From Neodothiora populina (taxonomy: Eukaryota): DNA of 64,000 bases. Every line of letters begins with the position of its first letter. Position 1 is the first letter of the stretch. The translations under genes and the position numbers were made by a program. The stretch is taken from contig NW_027191404.1 in assembly GCF_041146345.1 (NCBI RefSeq), forward strand, positions 868,001-932,000, in the 5' to 3' direction. Positions 60,962 to 64,000 of the stretch are shown here, piece by piece. Below the pieces are notes generated by a model that saw nothing but the letters and a program-made list of their open reading frames with translations, was not told where the DNA came from and made no database searches.

Positions 60962-61292
60962 GAACAGATGTTTGAAAGCCGAAGCTCTCATCACGTGATG
61001 AAAGACTGAGCCAGGGTGGAGTTTATTAGCCTTCCATGTTTGACTTTGTAATGTTGACCGGCAACTGACCATGTTCCTCGATATGGTTTCTCCATACTGA
61101 GCGCTGTTGGCTCAAGCGGAGTAGAACAGCACTGCAGCATGAGGTGCTGGCCGAGCGAATCGAGTCAGAGCCTCTCCCGACAGACGCTACTGTGACTTTG
61201 ACATAATGTGTGGCTGAGATCAGTTCCTCGATGGACGGAGAATACGGGACAACACTAAGGTAAGATAACGTGGTTCCTCTGTTGCTCTTGTA

Positions 61293-62160
61293 TCAGGGCA
61301 ATCTTGAAGGTGTAATCCTTTGTCCTGAACGGGTGCTGTATGTTGCAGACCGATGGCCTATTAGAGTCACCAGACGCTCCACGAAGGAGTGATTCGATGA
61401 AAGAGTCCTAGGCTCGAGGGAACATAAGCTGAGACTATGGGTAGTTAGCACTTGCGATTTTAGTGTGACAGATGGCCGTTGAGTGTGACAACAAGGCAAC
61501 AAAGAGAACTTGGAGAAGATCAAAATCCACAGTAAAGACGTTAACAATGCAGCGTTGCTCCTTTGACGTGGACGTTCCGAGACATTGCGCTTCCGCACGA
61601 AAGGCGTTCCGCCACTTCACCTTTGCTTCTTCAGCAAAGAGTTTGTACGAAATGAGCTTCTTCCTGGAAGGAAGCCTCCAACTGGTGAAAGATTGAGTTT
61701 TTGGACGACTTTCGGAGTAAGGAAGAGAATTGCTTGGTGTCATCGTATGAACAGGAAGATAGTGCAAAAGGCTTGTCATTCCCTTGAAAGCTAACTCGAG
61801 ACATTCGACGCATGACTCCAATGGGTGAGAATCGTCGACAAGGGCTTCGAAAACATGCAGGACTTGTATGCGTTTTGGTCCATCGAGTGTGATAACGTTG
61901 AGAATCGCCAGGTCTAAGTCCAAGATGATCATGAAACCAATGTTCAAGGAATCGCATGTCAGGGACAATCGGCCTGGCTCAGCTCGCATCTTTCTGAATC
62001 TAAGCTGTTATAGCAACGTTAGCCAGCAACTTTATCGTCCATGTATTGGGTAATTCGGTGAGAGTCTATTCATCGTAGCAAAGCGAGTTGCGGTTGTGAA
62101 GCCGGAGAAACTGCCTAAGGGTGGGAGCGAGGTGGACTTATAGATCAAAGTGTAACTCAT
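61293..62160 (-). pseudogene. Possible degenerate or orphan coding sequence
   Basis: 184-codon ORF at 61435-61989 lies next to a branch/acceptor-like GCTAAC..CAG at about 62005-62023. There are overlapping short ORFs and no recognisable domain. Confidence 0.2.
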
Positions 62161-62723
62161 GTCGGCGATGGGTAGACGTGGACCAGCTCAAGGTAGAGGA
62201 GGCATCGAATAAGGAAGGTGCTTGGTCGAGATCAACGAGCACGTGCGTACAAGCAAGTCTGCACTAAGACCAGGTAGCCAGGTTAGGTAACTTCCTAGGA
62301 AGGTGCCATATAGAACATACCTTCATGACGAATTCAGTCAGACTCCTGGCGGGCGCAGCGTGTGCCGCAGTGGCAATGTACTGGCATAGGCACGTTATGG
62401 ATGTGGACCATGTCAGGAAGAAACGTTCGGGGAAAGGACTTGTGGATCTGAAATGTTTGTGGTATACCTATACGCGTGTTCTCATACGATCCGAGGGGTA
62501 TCAAAGCAGCAATAAGCTCCAGTCCGCAAAAAGGAGGAGGCGCGGATTCTCACCAACGCCACACTTGCTTGATCACCTGAAGTTGCGCAACACGAATTTG
62601 GCTCAGCGTAGACCGTTCGAGAGCAAAGCCCACACCTGCCTTTTTGCAATAGTTGGAATTGTTGTCGAAGGATTACTTTTGCCTCACTCTTCTCATGCCT
62701 TTGCCAAGTTTGTGTGTTTCTGC

Positions 62724-63680
62724 TCAGCCTCCTTTCCTGGGACCTACTGGAGGAGTGCCAGTCCCTTGGGCTCGATTCGCGATTTTCCTCCTCTCACCGT
62801 CTACAACCTTCTTGATCTGTGGTACCATGTGCTGTTTGTCCTTTGGTGCCTTGACGTCCTCGGAAGTGTATGGCGGATCAATGCGCACAGAGTCCATGAG
62901 GATGATACTGTCGTCGGCCCAGCGCGTTTGGTTCGAGTACCTGTGAAATTGATTTAGTGACTTGGACTATATCCCGCACCCACACCATGTCTGGATCGTA
63001 CATTTTGTCCAGAGAATAGAACAGTTCTTGTCCTATGGGGCTGACGCCCTTTCCCTTTTTCTTCTCGTCGTCCTTTTGCTTTTGCACGGCCTTCTCCTCT
63101 CGTTGTTTGAGACGCTTAATGTCAATCCTGGAGATTGGAGGTGCATTCACGTTGCCGGCAGTCCAGTCATGGTCCAGCTCTCCTCCAATGACACTATCAT
63201 TGTCGGAACGTGCCGGCTGGTTCTCCTGTCCGGGTAGTGAAAGGATCTGGAAACTGAGGATATGCTTCAGGGGGATGATGTGGTAGTTGCCAGGTTGAGA
63301 GGACAGAGAAGTGGCAGGATTGGGCGGCGCGGGAGAGCAGTTGATGGCGATGATGTTGAGAATGGGATCAGCGGTGAACAGCACACCAATGAGGGTTTTG
63401 TTGTCAGGTTGGACTGTCTTGACTTGGATTCTGCAACGTGGTGAGGGCGTGGTCAGCATATCGTCCAATGCTTGTGCTTTGCCCCGTGGCTATACTGCCG
63501 CGCAGCGCTCGTTACTGACCTTGCACCCAGTGCAGCTCTCAATCCATTCAATGACTCCGACCTCAAACCCGAAGGTGTTGCAGACGGCGCTGTCGATACG
63601 CTTGAAGCAGGGCCAGGAGCAGTCTTGGGCGTGGCCACCTTCCCAGAGACCGAACCGCGCTTGCCGCCGCTTTCTGCCAT
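62724..63680 (-). CDS. Lsm12-like protein (Lsm fold plus anticodon-binding domain); exons 63680-63520, 63430-63002 and 62940-62724
   Basis: ALGAR|IQVKT...GVLFTADP...YHIIPL..I.SF, then GKGVSPIGQELFYSLDKM|YSNQTRWADDSIILMDSVRIDPPY, ending PRKGG*. Confidence 0.85.
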
Positions 63681-64000
63681 ATTTGAGGAAAATCCAGAGC
63701 ACTCAAAGTGCACCCTCGAATTCGTCGGTGTGATGGGTCGCAAGCCCGAGTTATTGTTTGTGCAATGGGGATATGTCCCGTCACTGAGTCTGAGAGGATC
63801 ACGCCAGCGACTGCGACATGTGGAGACCAAACGAAAAAGAGCGACGAGGAGGAAGATGAAAACACCAGCAATCGAATGCGGCACTCAAAGCAAAGATATA
63901 TCAATGGCCTATATCACAAAACACACTCCCGCTACTCCTCGCCGTTGAACAAGTCACGAAAGACGATTGCAGTAGAGCTTCAGGTGACGTGGTGGTGCCT

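Noticed and set aside
62325..62957. 210-aa plus-strand ORF
   Set aside because: Antisense to the last exon and 3' UTR of the Lsm12-like gene, with no protein-like features.

Overview
Eukaryotic, intron-containing DNA from a filamentous ascomycete. Gene content and short GT..CTRAY..AG introns suggest a Dothideomycete, possibly Aureobasidium-like; this is inference. The window holds about 20 protein genes and one intron-containing tRNA-Ile(AAT). In order: Zn2Cys6 transcription factor (5'-truncated), peroxisomal propionyl/acyl-CoA synthetase, MBOAT acyltransferase, F-box-like protein, small Ser-rich protein, CCG-6-like GPI wall protein, NCS1 permease, carnitine/acylcarnitine carrier, SDR, mitochondrial Prx1, Cys-rich zinc-ribbon-like protein, PXA-PX sorting nexin, TyrRS, NIPA Mg2+ transporter, amidase, SAGA Ada1, Vac7, Wee1 kinase, patatin and Lsm12-like protein. 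I found no CRISPR array, rRNA or intact transposon, and I cannot demonstrate a new biological system. The best leads are: an apparent +1 frameshift or cryptic 43-nt intron in wee1; a compact TF + acyl-CoA ligase + acyltransferase trio; a hairpin-rich intergenic segment at about 25.65-26.25 kb; possible divergent spliced small-ORF/lncRNA transcripts at about 58-60 kb; a G17 tract plus hairpin right after the ada1 stop; and several recognisable promoter motifs (FarA, CpcA/Gcn4, GATA, MCB/forkhead). Exon boundaries were read by eye and checked for frame.
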